A stretch of 64,000 nt of DNA from Gemmataceae bacterium (GTDB lineage: Bacteria > Planctomycetota > Planctomycetia > Gemmatales > Gemmataceae): positions 7,284 to 71,283 of the forward strand of contig JAYTGN010000107.1 of NCBI GenBank assembly GCA_043733485.1. Reading direction: 5' to 3'. Numbering within the stretch: position 1 is the stretch's first letter; each line of letters begins with the position of its first letter. The position numbers and the translations under genes were made by a program. The notes beneath the pieces are model-generated. The model searched no databases, was not told where the DNA came from, and worked only from the letters and a program-made list of their open reading frames with translations. Positions 9,243 through 17,620 of this stretch are shown in pieces.

Positions 9243-10529
9243 TCAACGATCGAGCAGCGGCAATTGAGCCTTCAAGGCCGCCAGCCCTTCAGGAGTGCAA
9301 CGGTTGCCGTAGAGGTGGAGTTTGCGAAGTTCCTTGAGCCCCTCAAGATGCTTCAGACCCTCATCCGTTATGCCGGAGAACGACAAGGACAACGTTTGGA
9401 GATTGGACATCTTGCTTAAATGCTTCAGACCGTCATCGGTGATGTGCTGGCCTTGGAGGTTGAGGTACTCGAGTTTTTTCAGACCCGCGAGGTGTTTGAG
9501 ACCGGCATCGGTGATGCGTGGTGCTTTCGGCTCCGTCGCTGTGAATTTCTCATTCCGCAAATCGAGGTTCTTGAGATTCGTTAGCCCTTGGAAGTGCGAC
9601 AATCCCTTGTCGGAGATTCCTCGGCACCCGAAGAACGACATCAATGCCATCTGAGCCGAGTCCTTCACGCACGCCAATCCTTCGTCGTCAATCTCGCAAT
9701 CGTTGAAGCTCAGCGACTTCAACGACGGCATTCGTCGGAGGCATTTCAACCCTTCTGGACGGAGCCGACCGCCGCGAAAGTAAAGAGACAGTAAGTGCTC
9801 GAATCCCTGCAAAGGCAAATCCAATTCGACGATGTCTTCGGCTTCTGGGAAGTAAAGAAACGTCACTGCATTCTTCAACTCCAGTCGAAAGCGAAATGAG
9901 TAACCGATGGCCTTACGAAGTTCGGCGATGGAATTCTGTTCTTGAGGAGTAGCCGAGGCCAACTTCGGACCCAAGTCTTCATGTTCCTGCCGATCGGGAT
10001 CGACCATTGGATAAGTACCGACAACTCGTTCCCCTTCGCGGATGAGCAACTGATGCATCCCGGCCTCGTTCGGAGCGAGGATCAAAGAATAACGTCGCGC
10101 TCGTTCTCCCGTTTCGGGGACGATGTCGAAGACCTTTCTGCCTCGACCTTCCGGATCGGGGCGGTCGACCGCTTCGATCCGGACAGCTATCGGGGGAGCG
10201 TCCATTAACGTACTCCCCGTGATCCTTCCTGCTGCATTCAGGGTCAGATGGTTGGGATTGAGTTCGAGAGACCCGGGTCCGTTCAATGTCCCCCGGATAT
10301 CGAATTCGCGCGGATGATCTTTCCCCTCCGCATAGTGAATGGCGTTGAAGCGAATCTTCGACCCGAGTGGGCGACTTTTCAGGAACGCGGTGCGGTTTTC
10401 CGGAGGAGCGGGTTGATCCTTCGGAGGAGCGGGTTGATCTTCTGCGACAACAGGGCTTTCGACGATCGGAGCGGGCGGCTTCTCGCATCCGATGCAACCG
10501 AGCAACGCAATCAGGCAACTGCCGCGCAT
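9243..10529 (-). CDS. Leucine-rich-repeat lipoprotein
   Basis: Lipobox-like LLGCIGC. C-terminal 24-aa LRRs (ITDAGLKHLAGLKKLEYLNLQGQH / ITDDGLKHLSKMSNLQTLSLSFSG / ITDEGLKHLEGLKELRKLHLYGNR). Visibly more AT-rich than flanking genes. Confidence 0.85.
   Translation of the reverse strand: MRGSCLIALLGCIGCEKPPAPIVESPVVAEDQPAPPKDQPAPPENRTAFLKSRPLGSKIRFNAIHYAEGKDHPREFDIRGTLNGPGSLELNPNHLTLNAAGRITGSTLMDAPPIAVRIEAVDRPDPEGRGRKVFDIVPETGERARRYSLILAPNEAGMHQLLIREGERVVGTYPMVDPDRQEHEDLGPKLASATPQEQNSIAELRKAIGYSFRFRLELKNAVTFLYFPEAEDIVELDLPLQGFEHLLSLYFRGGRLRPEGLKCLRRMPSLKSLSFNDCEIDDEGLACVKDSAQMALMSFFGCRGISDKGLSHFQGLTNLKNLDLRNEKFTATEPKAPRITDAGLKHLAGLKKLEYLNLQGQHITDDGLKHLSKMSNLQTLSLSFSGITDEGLKHLEGLKELRKLHLYGNRCTPEGLAALKAQLPLLDR
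10401..10440. repeat. 21-bp tandem duplication in the LRR gene (DQPAPPx x2)
   Basis: cggaggagcgggttgatcctt / cggaggagcgggttgatct. Confidence 0.85.
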
Positions 10530-10687
10530 TTGGTAGCTTCCATGTTGAATGCGGTCGGCCAGAACGCGAGCGTTGCCGTGGCCGCTTCATAGCGAGTGGC
10601 ACCATAAGCCATAACTCGGGGAAGCTCATCGACGACTCCGAACCATCTGCCGTCGTCTTCTTGTTCGAGTTCAATTGGCAGAGTCAT
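10511..10687 (-). pseudogene. Frameshifted HicB-like antitoxin
   Basis: MTLPIELEQEDDGRWFGVVDELPRVMAYGATRYEA matches the short HicB family. The family continuation RVLADRIQHG is in the -1 frame. No hicA is adjacent. Confidence 0.7.
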
Positions 10688-10798
10688 GTGGCACCTCGTC
10701 TCGTCGAAAACCGATTCTACCAGCACGACATGTTGAACTGCAAGGTCCTGAATCGGAAGTCGCAATCGCGAACCCACAGGCGACGGCTCCCCTCCGGC

Positions 10799-10831
10799 AA
10801 AAAAACACGGGAGGCTTTCGCCTCCCGTGTT
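10799..10831 (-). terminator. Rho-independent terminator of pnp
   Basis: Minus strand ACACGGGAGGC-GAAA-GCCTCCCGTGT then a T-run, about 10 bp after the pnp stop. Confidence 0.9.
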
Positions 10832-10840
10832 CGTTTCATC

Positions 10841-13120
10841 TCAGTTGCGGTAACCGCCGCCGCCACCGCCTCCACCACCGCGGGGGCCACCGCGGCCACC
10901 GCCGCCGCCGCCGCGGGGACCGCGGTCGCCGCCGCGATCTCCGCCTCGGTCGCCTCCACGATCACTGCCGCGATCGTCGCGCGGAGGGCGGTCGCCCATC
11001 GGCTCGCCGCCACCTTCGCCTTCCGGCGGAGGAGGAAGCAGCGCCTTGCGGGAGAGCTTCACGCGGTCCTGGTCGTCGATCCCGATCACCTTCACCGTGA
11101 CCTTGTCGCCGATCTGAACCACCTCCTCGACGCGGCCGACGTAGCCGTTGTCGAGTTCCGAAATGTGGCAGAGCCCATCGCGGCCCGGAGCGATCTCGAT
11201 GAACGCGCCGAATTCCTTGATCGAGATCACCTTGCCCTCGTAAATCGACCCAACCTTCACCTCGGCACAGAGCGCCTCGACCGTGCGGCGAGCGGATTCG
11301 ACGCCTTCGCCGATCAGGCCCGATATGGAGACGGTGCCGTCGTCCTCGACGTCGATCTTGGCACCGGTCTGTTCCTGAATGGAACGGATCATCTTGCCGC
11401 CGGGGCCGATGAGCTTGCCGATCAGTTCGGGGTTGATCTTGAGGCTGACGATGCGCGGGGCGTTGGGGTTGATCTCCTTGCGGGGCGCGTTGAGCGTGCC
11501 GAGCATGGTTTTGAGAATCGCGAGTCGGCCTTCGCGGGCCTGCTCCAGTGCCCCCCGCACGATGTGATCCGGGATGCCGTCCAGCTTGATGTCGAGCTGA
11601 ATCCCGGTGACGCCCTTCTGAGTGCCAGCGACTTTGAAGTCCATGTCGCCGTAGTGGTCTTCATCGCCCTGAATGTCGCTGATGAGGACGTGATGATCCT
11701 TCTCCATGACGAGGCCGATGGAGACGCCGGCGACGGGGCGCTTGATGGGAACGCCCGCGTCCATGAGGGCGAGCGTGCCGCCGCACACCGAGGCCATCGA
11801 ACTCGACCCGTTCGACTCGAGAATTTCCGAGACGAGGCGGATCGTGTAGGGGAACTTGGCGGCAGGAGGAATCACGGCCTTGAGCGACCGCTCGGCGAGC
11901 ATGCCGTGACCGATTTCGCGGCGGCCCGGCCCGCGGATCGGCTTGCACTCGCCCACCGAGTACGAGGGGAAGTTGTAATCGAGCCAGAACTTCTTCGAGA
12001 ACTCTTCCTGAATCCCCTCGACCCGTTGCTCGTCGCCCACGGTGCCCAGCGTCGCGACGACGAGTGCCTGCGTTTCACCGCGTTGGAACACGGCGGAACC
12101 GTGCGTTCGCGGGAGTACCGCGACCTCGGCCCAGACGTTGCGAACGTCCTTCGGAGCCCGGCCATCGATGCGGGTGCCCGAGAGGGTGATCTCGCGGAAG
12201 ATGCGTTCGCGAATCGCGCCGATGGAAGCGCTCACCTGAGCCGCCGTGTACTTCGGCTTCGTCTCGCCTTCGGGGGCGTATTCCTTCTTGATCCGATCCT
12301 TGAACACGTCGAGCGCGGCGTTGCGCTCTTTCTTGCCGGTCGTGAGGTAGCGTTCGCGGAACTCGGTGCCGTGCTTCTTGTACAGCTCTTCGGCCAACGG
12401 ATCCGCGGGGACCTGCGGAGGCAGCACCTTCGGACCCTGACCCGTCCTGCGGCGCAATTCTTCGATGCCTTGAATCACGAGCTTGCACGCTTGGTGGGCT
12501 TCGAGAATCGCATCGCCCATCTCGGCTTCCGGCATCTCCCGGGCAAAGCCCTCAATCGTCACGATGGCTTCGTCGGTACCGGCCACGATGAGGTCGAGGT
12601 CGCTTTCTTCCATCTGGCCGAACGTGGGCAGCACGACCAGTTTTCCGTCGACGCGGCCGAGGCGAACCGCTCCGTAGGGCTTCAAGAACGGGATGTGCGA
12701 CACGTGCAGTGCCGCACTCGCGCCGATGAGGCCGAGGACGTCCGAATCGTTGTCGCGATCCGCGGAGATCACGGTGACGTGGATCTGGACTTCGTTGACG
12801 TAGCCGACCGGGAAGAGCGGACGGGTGGGCCGATCGATGAGCCGCGAGGTAAGCGTTTCCTTGGTGCTCGGGCGGGTTTCGCGCTTGATGAAGCCGCCCG
12901 GGAACTTGCCCGCCGCGTAGGTCCGCTCGCGGTATTCGACTTGAAGCGGGAAGAAATCGCGGCCGGGGATGACGTTGCCTTCCACGACGGCGACGAGAAC
13001 GACGGTGCCCTCATAGCGCACGAGCACGGCCCCATGGGCCTGCTTGGCGAGCTTTCCGGTTTCCAGGATGAGGGTTCCACTACCAAACGGGATTTCCACA
13101 GATGCAGGTGCGACCGCCAC
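10841..13120 (-). CDS. pnp: Polyribonucleotide nucleotidyltransferase (PNPase) with RGG-rich C-terminal tail
   Basis: FFPLQVEYRE, SRLIDRPTRPLF, RTHGSAVFQRGETQ, RREIGHGMLA, ESNGSSSMASVC, GDMDFKVAGT, KH (LIGPGGKMIRSI) and S1 domains. Confidence 0.98.
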   Translation of the reverse strand: MAVAPASVEIPFGSGTLILETGKLAKQAHGAVLVRYEGTVVLVAVVEGNVIPGRDFFPLQVEYRERTYAAGKFPGGFIKRETRPSTKETLTSRLIDRPTRPLFPVGYVNEVQIHVTVISADRDNDSDVLGLIGASAALHVSHIPFLKPYGAVRLGRVDGKLVVLPTFGQMEESDLDLIVAGTDEAIVTIEGFAREMPEAEMGDAILEAHQACKLVIQGIEELRRRTGQGPKVLPPQVPADPLAEELYKKHGTEFRERYLTTGKKERNAALDVFKDRIKKEYAPEGETKPKYTAAQVSASIGAIRERIFREITLSGTRIDGRAPKDVRNVWAEVAVLPRTHGSAVFQRGETQALVVATLGTVGDEQRVEGIQEEFSKKFWLDYNFPSYSVGECKPIRGPGRREIGHGMLAERSLKAVIPPAAKFPYTIRLVSEILESNGSSSMASVCGGTLALMDAGVPIKRPVAGVSIGLVMEKDHHVLISDIQGDEDHYGDMDFKVAGTQKGVTGIQLDIKLDGIPDHIVRGALEQAREGRLAILKTMLGTLNAPRKEINPNAPRIVSLKINPELIGKLIGPGGKMIRSIQEQTGAKIDVEDDGTVSISGLIGEGVESARRTVEALCAEVKVGSIYEGKVISIKEFGAFIEIAPGRDGLCHISELDNGYVGRVEEVVQIGDKVTVKVIGIDDQDRVKLSRKALLPPPPEGEGGGEPMGDRPPRDDRGSDRGGDRGGDRGGDRGPRGGGGGGRGGPRGGGGGGGGGYRN

Positions 13121-13259
13121 GGAGGTGATCCTTTCGGTTTACCCCTGTTGAGGGGACCGGCAGGAGTGCGAAGCGAGCGGATATGCGGAACAAAACCGGA
13201 AGCAACCATCTCGACTCAGGCCGCGAATGCGCATTCCATCTTCAATCCGCGAATGTCTT

Positions 13260-13311
13260 GGTGGCACAGGCATTCCTGCCGTGTAACGACGACACGGGCA
13301 GGGATGCCACC
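13260..13311. repeat. REP-like imperfect palindrome between rpsO and pnp
   Basis: ggtggcacaggcattcctgccgtgt ... acacgggcagggatgccacc. Resembles the GGTGGCACAGGCATTCCTGCC-type planctomycete repeat as I recall it. Confidence 0.6.
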
Positions 13312-13317
13312 AAATGT

Positions 13318-13587
13318 TTACTTGCGCAGCCCGAGCTTGCCAATGATCGACAGATACAGCTCTCGGTTGGTTTCCCGGAGGTACTTCAGGAGGTCGGCGC
13401 GCTGGCTGACGAGTTTGAGCAGCCCGCGCCGACTCGCGAAGTCCTTCTTGTGTGTCCGCATGTGCTCGGTCAGGTAGTTAATACGGGCCGTACACAAGGC
13501 GATCTGTACCTCGGGCGAGCCACTATCGTGCTCGTCCCGTCGGAACTGAGAAATGAGTTCGGTCTTCTTTTCCTTCGTGATCGCCAT
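13318..13587 (-). CDS. rpsO: 30S ribosomal protein S15
   Basis: [15 protein letters not shown]...[43 protein letters not shown]...LGLRK; canonical rpsO-pnp order. Confidence 0.98.
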   Translation of the reverse strand: MAITKEKKTELISQFRRDEHDSGSPEVQIALCTARINYLTEHMRTHKKDFASRRGLLKLVSQRADLLKYLRETNRELYLSIIGKLGLRK

Positions 13588-13902
13588 CGTCCCGGTACTC
13601 CGCTACCCGCCGCGTCGCACTCCAGCCAAACAGTTACGATACGACGTCAGTTAAAACACGTGACTTCGATTTACGCAGTCGCGTGAGGAACGGACAGGGG
13701 CAAATGGGAAAAGAATCGGAGATTGGAAGAGAGCGGCGACCGGGCAACGTCGATCGACTGAGAGCGACTTCCACGAGAGGCGGTCGGCCGGTTGTGTGGC
13801 GGGTTAGGCGAGCCAGCCTACCTGTTCGCCCACCGACCTGCTCATTCCGAAATGCGGGCATTAAACTGACATCTACGATGGTTCCGGCATTGCATTATTG
13901 GA

Positions 13903-15153
13903 GTGCGTCAGTTGCCGACTTTGGACGACATTCGCTCGATGCTCGACGGGCTTTACCGCTCCGAATCCCGGCGCATTTTTTCTACCCTCGTCCGCCTGCT
14001 CCGGGACTTCGACGTCGCCGAAGAAGCCATGCACGAAGCGTTCGCGGAGGCGATCGAAGCGTGGACGCGCGACGGAATCCCGGACCACCCGCGCACCTGG
14101 CTCGTCTCCACCGGCCGGTTCAAGGCGATCGATTCGCTCCGTCGCCGCGGGCGATTCGAGTCGCTTCAGCCGGCGATAGCCAACCGGCTGGCCGAGATCG
14201 CCGCAACGAATGACGCCCGGGCGGACCAAACCATCGAGGACGATCGGCTGCGCCTCGTCTTCGCCTGCTGCCACCCCTCGATCGACCGCTCCGTGCAGGT
14301 ACCACTCACCCTGCGGGAGGTGTGTGGACTGACGACGGACGAAATCGCCGGGGCGTTTCTGATCGCACCGGCAACGATGGCGCAGCGAATCGTGCGAGGT
14401 AAGGCGAAGATTCGCGATGCGGGTATTCCTTTCGCCGTCCCGGCCGCCGCCGAACTGCCCGAGAGGCTCGGGTCCGTCCTCGCGGTCGTCTACCTCGTCT
14501 TCAACGAGGGATATTCCGCCACTTCCGGAACGACGTTGACGCGGGCCGATCTCTCGGGCGAGGCCATTCGCCTCGGACGGTTGTTGGTGGAATTGCAGCC
14601 CGACGCGGAATCCCTCGGCCTGCTCGCGCTCATGTTGCTTCACGAATCGCGTCGCCTGGCGCGGACGACTCCGGAAGGGGACATCGTCCTCCTCGACGAT
14701 CAGAATCGCGCGGATTGGAATGCCGAATTGATTGCCGAAGGCCGGGCACTGGTTCAACGGGCACTCGCGACGAGAACGTTCGGGGCGTACGCGCTTCAAG
14801 CGGCGATAGGCGCCGTTCATGCGGCAAGCCCCACGCCCGCAGACACCGACTGGGGCCGGATCGCCGAATTGTATGCTGCCTTGCACGATCTGAATCCGTC
14901 CCCGGTCATCGAATTGAACCGTGCGGTTGCGGTTGGAATGCGGGATGGCCCCGCGGTCGGGCTCGACCTCATCGACCGGATTCGCGACCGCGGGGAACTG
15001 GCCGAGTACCACCTCCTCCACGCCGCCCGCGCGGATTTTCTCCGCAGACTCGACAAACGCGACGAGGCCCGCCAGGCGTACGAAAGCGCCCTCGAACTGG
15101 CGCGGCAGGAACCCGAACGACGATTCCTGATGAAGCGGCTCGCACAACTTTGA
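13903..15153 (+). CDS. ECF sigma factor with ~200-aa TPR-like C-terminal extension (ECF42 type, DUF6596)
   Basis: Region 2 [29 protein letters not shown]; [13 protein letters not shown]; region 4 [15 protein letters not shown]...[11 protein letters not shown]; YLVFNEGY; [11 protein letters not shown]; [15 protein letters not shown] genes are adjacent. Confidence 0.9.
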   Translation: MRQLPTLDDIRSMLDGLYRSESRRIFSTLVRLLRDFDVAEEAMHEAFAEAIEAWTRDGIPDHPRTWLVSTGRFKAIDSLRRRGRFESLQPAIANRLAEIAATNDARADQTIEDDRLRLVFACCHPSIDRSVQVPLTLREVCGLTTDEIAGAFLIAPATMAQRIVRGKAKIRDAGIPFAVPAAAELPERLGSVLAVVYLVFNEGYSATSGTTLTRADLSGEAIRLGRLLVELQPDAESLGLLALMLLHESRRLARTTPEGDIVLLDDQNRADWNAELIAEGRALVQRALATRTFGAYALQAAIGAVHAASPTPADTDWGRIAELYAALHDLNPSPVIELNRAVAVGMRDGPAVGLDLIDRIRDRGELAEYHLLHAARADFLRRLDKRDEARQAYESALELARQEPERRFLMKRLAQL

Positions 15154-15169
15154 AAACTTTTGCAGTTCG

Positions 15170-15196
15170 TGTCGATCCGCGAGTCCGTCGTTCGAC
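15170..15196 (+). promoter_or_regulatory. Putative ECF42-dependent promoter (TGTCGA-N17-CGAC)
   Basis: TGTCGA at 15170-15175 and CGAC at 15193-15196, upstream of the VOC-DGPF genes. The same motif recurs at 16498. Confidence 0.7.
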
Positions 15197-15232
15197 TACA
15201 CCGCGAATGCCCCTCCGAAACGAGCAAAAATC

Positions 15233-15694
15233 ATGGCCAGTCAGAAGATCAAGCCGTTCCTCTGGTTCGACGACAAGGCGGAAGAAGCCGCGAATTTTTA
15301 CGTCTCGCTGTTCCGAGACTCCGCGATCACCGGTTCCACGCCGGGGCCGAGCGGTGTGCCTCTCGTCGTCGAGTTCCGCCTCGCCGGGGTTCAATTCCTG
15401 GCGCTGAACGGCGGACCGCACTTCAAGTTCAACGAGGCGGTGTCGCTCTCCATCGATTGCCACTCGCAGGAAGAGGTGGACGAACTCTGGGAGAAGCTCT
15501 CCGCCGGCGGGTCGAAGAGCCAATGCGGCTGGCTGAAGGACAAGTACGGCTTGTCGTGGCAGGTGGTGCCCACCGTGCTCAAGAAACTTCTCGGCTCCGC
15601 GGATCGCGAGAAGGCCGGGCGGGTCATGAACGCGATGAGGAAGATGACCAAGTTGGAGATTCAGGCGCTTCAGGATGCGGCAGACGGTAAGTGA
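15233..15694 (+). CDS. VOC family protein (3-dmu-9_3-mt / PhnB-like)
   Basis: KPFLWFDDKAEEAANFY, ALNGGPHFKFNEAVS, QEEVDELWEKL, CGWLKDKYGLSWQVVP. Confidence 0.9.
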   Translation: MASQKIKPFLWFDDKAEEAANFYVSLFRDSAITGSTPGPSGVPLVVEFRLAGVQFLALNGGPHFKFNEAVSLSIDCHSQEEVDELWEKLSAGGSKSQCGWLKDKYGLSWQVVPTVLKKLLGSADREKAGRVMNAMRKMTKLEIQALQDAADGK

Positions 15695-15724
15695 CGTGCA
15701 ACCACCCGAACCCAAGGAGAAGAC

Positions 15725-16492
15725 GTGAAATACATGATGCTCATGTACGGGACCGAGAATCTGTGGACTCCGGACGAGCGCGAAGAGTGCATGGCCGAAT
15801 GCCTTCGGGTCTGCGATGAACTCGCGGCGGAGGGCAAGTTTCTCGATACGGCTCCGCTTCAATCGGCGACGAGGGCCTCGACGGTCCGCGTGCGAGAGGG
15901 CCGTCCGTTCATCACCGATGGCCCGTTCGCCGAGACGACCGAGCAACTCGGCGGATACTTCCTGTTGGAACTCGAAGATCTCGACGAGGCGATCGCGGTC
16001 GCCAGCCGCCTCCCGCCGCTGACGAAGGGGACCGCCAAGATTCGCCCGCTGCTCGCAATGGAGGGTCTGCCTCCAGCCCGACCCCGACCCGATGGTCCAT
16101 TCGATGCCGGCGCCGCACCGTACATGCTGCTCTGCTACCACGACGAAGCCGCGTTGAGCGAAGCCGGCCCGGCCGCACTCGAACGGGCCAAGACTGAGGT
16201 GGTCGTAAAAGTCGGGAAGTTGAATGACTCGGGACGATACCTGAACGCCTCGCCGCTCCACCCGGTCGCGACGGCCACGTGCGTGCGGATGCGGGACGGG
16301 AAGCGGCAGATCACCGACGGCCCCTTCGCCGAAACCAAAGAAGTGCTCGGCGGCTTCTACCTGATCCTGGCCGGTTCGCGCGACGAGGCACTGAAGATCG
16401 CGGTCGAGCAGATCGGTGCCGGCCTCGGCGCGATCGAGGTCCGCCCGCTCTTCGATTTCTCCGCCATTCGGAAAGCGATGGAAAATTCCTGA
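15725..16492 (+). CDS. Tandem YciI/DGPF-domain protein (two domains)
   Basis: GGAGA SD; two copies of the motif TDGPFAET(T/K)ExLGG(Y/F); KYMMLMY and PYMLLCY domain starts. Confidence 0.9.
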   Translation: MKYMMLMYGTENLWTPDEREECMAECLRVCDELAAEGKFLDTAPLQSATRASTVRVREGRPFITDGPFAETTEQLGGYFLLELEDLDEAIAVASRLPPLTKGTAKIRPLLAMEGLPPARPRPDGPFDAGAAPYMLLCYHDEAALSEAGPAALERAKTEVVVKVGKLNDSGRYLNASPLHPVATATCVRMRDGKRQITDGPFAETKEVLGGFYLILAGSRDEALKIAVEQIGAGLGAIEVRPLFDFSAIRKAMENS

Positions 16493-16497
16493 GTCGC

Positions 16498-16524
16498 TGT
16501 CGATTCGCCGTTCGCCCGTTCGAT
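16498..16524 (+). promoter_or_regulatory. Putative ECF42-dependent promoter (TGTCGA-N17-CGAT)
   Basis: TGTCGA at 16498-16503 and CGAT at 16521-16524; shares TGTCGAT...CGTTCGA with the 15170 site. Confidence 0.7.
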
Positions 16525-16561
16525 TAGTTCCTGAACCCACCAACCGACAAGGAGCAGAGAC

Positions 16562-16993
16562 ATGGCAGGCACCACGATTACACCGTACCTGATGTTCGGC
16601 GGCCGCTGCGAAGAGGCCATCGCCTTCTACCGCAAGGCGCTCGGCGCCGAAGTCGAGATGCTGATGCGGTTCGACGAAAGCCCGGAGCCGACCCCGCCCG
16701 GAATGCTGCAGGCCGGATTCGAGAAGAAGGTGATGCACGCCACGATCCGCATCCGCGGGATCCAACTGATGGCGTCCGACGGGTGCAGCGACAAATCGAA
16801 GTTCGGCGGCTTCCGGCTCGCCCTCGCCGTTCCCACCGAGTCGGACGCGAGGCAGGCCTTCGACGCTCTCGCCGACGGCGGGAGCGTGGACATGCCGCTG
16901 AACAAAACGTTCTGGTCGCCCTGCTACGGCATGGTGACGGACCGATTCGGGCTGGGCTGGATGGTCATGGTTCCGGGAGCCGTGTCTTGCTGA
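16562..16993 (+). CDS. VOC family protein (PhnB/YjdN-like)
   Basis: AAGGAG SD; ITPYLMFGGRCEEAIAFY, VMHATIRI, MASDG, TFWSPCYGMVTDRFGLGWMV. Confidence 0.9.
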   Translation: MAGTTITPYLMFGGRCEEAIAFYRKALGAEVEMLMRFDESPEPTPPGMLQAGFEKKVMHATIRIRGIQLMASDGCSDKSKFGGFRLALAVPTESDARQAFDALADGGSVDMPLNKTFWSPCYGMVTDRFGLGWMVMVPGAVSC

Positions 16994-17062
16994 GAGCTGG
17001 ACGTACAACCCCCGCATTCGCGGGAAGCCGATTTCGCCCTTTCACCCCAACGGGAGTTCGAG

Positions 17063-17599
17063 ATGACGACGCAATTGTTGATCGCCGCACTGCTGCTGTT
17101 TTCCATGTTCGCAGGACGCGGGGACGATACGCCCGCCAAGGCGCCGCCGGTCCATCCGGGACTCGAGCGGATGAAGAAACTGGCCGGGACGTGGGTCGAA
17201 GCCGACAAGGACGGCAAGCCGACCGACAAGGTGATGTCCGTGGTGAAGGTGACGGCCGGCGGGTCGACCGTCCACGAAACGCTCTTCCCCGGCCAGGCGC
17301 AGGAGATGGTCTCGGTGTACCACTTGGACAAGGGCGAACTGGTCATGACGCACTACTGCGCCCTGGGCAACCAGCCGCGCATGAAGGCGGACCCGGCCTC
17401 GCCGAAGAACAAGATCCGCTTCGCCTTCGCGGGCGGCACCAACCTGGACCCCGCGAAGGACATGCACATGCACGAGTCCACACTGACATTCGTGGACGAC
17501 GACCACATCGAGATCGCCGGGGTGGCATGGGTGGCATGGGTGGACGGCAAGCCATCTGAGAGCCACTGCGGGCAGTTGAAGCTCGTTCGTAAGAAGTAA
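17063..17599 (+). CDS. Secreted hypothetical protein (beta-barrel-like)
   Basis: GGGAG SD; signal peptide; LAGTWV, ETLFPG, EMVSVYH, MTHYCALGNQPRM. Confidence 0.8.
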   Translation: MTTQLLIAALLLFSMFAGRGDDTPAKAPPVHPGLERMKKLAGTWVEADKDGKPTDKVMSVVKVTAGGSTVHETLFPGQAQEMVSVYHLDKGELVMTHYCALGNQPRMKADPASPKNKIRFAFAGGTNLDPAKDMHMHESTLTFVDDDHIEIAGVAWVAWVDGKPSESHCGQLKLVRKK

Positions 17600-17620
17600 C
17601 CACGTCGCGGCCTTGAAGGC

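Noticed and set aside
10367-13477. 1036-aa + ORF
   Set aside because: Exact antisense of pnp/rpsO.
13782-13838. Imperfect hairpin between rpsO and the ECF42 gene
   Set aside because: Pairing is irregular and expected by chance at this GC content; no U-tract or known RNA motif.
14969-17017. 682-aa - ORF
   Set aside because: Antisense to the well-supported VOC/DGPF genes.
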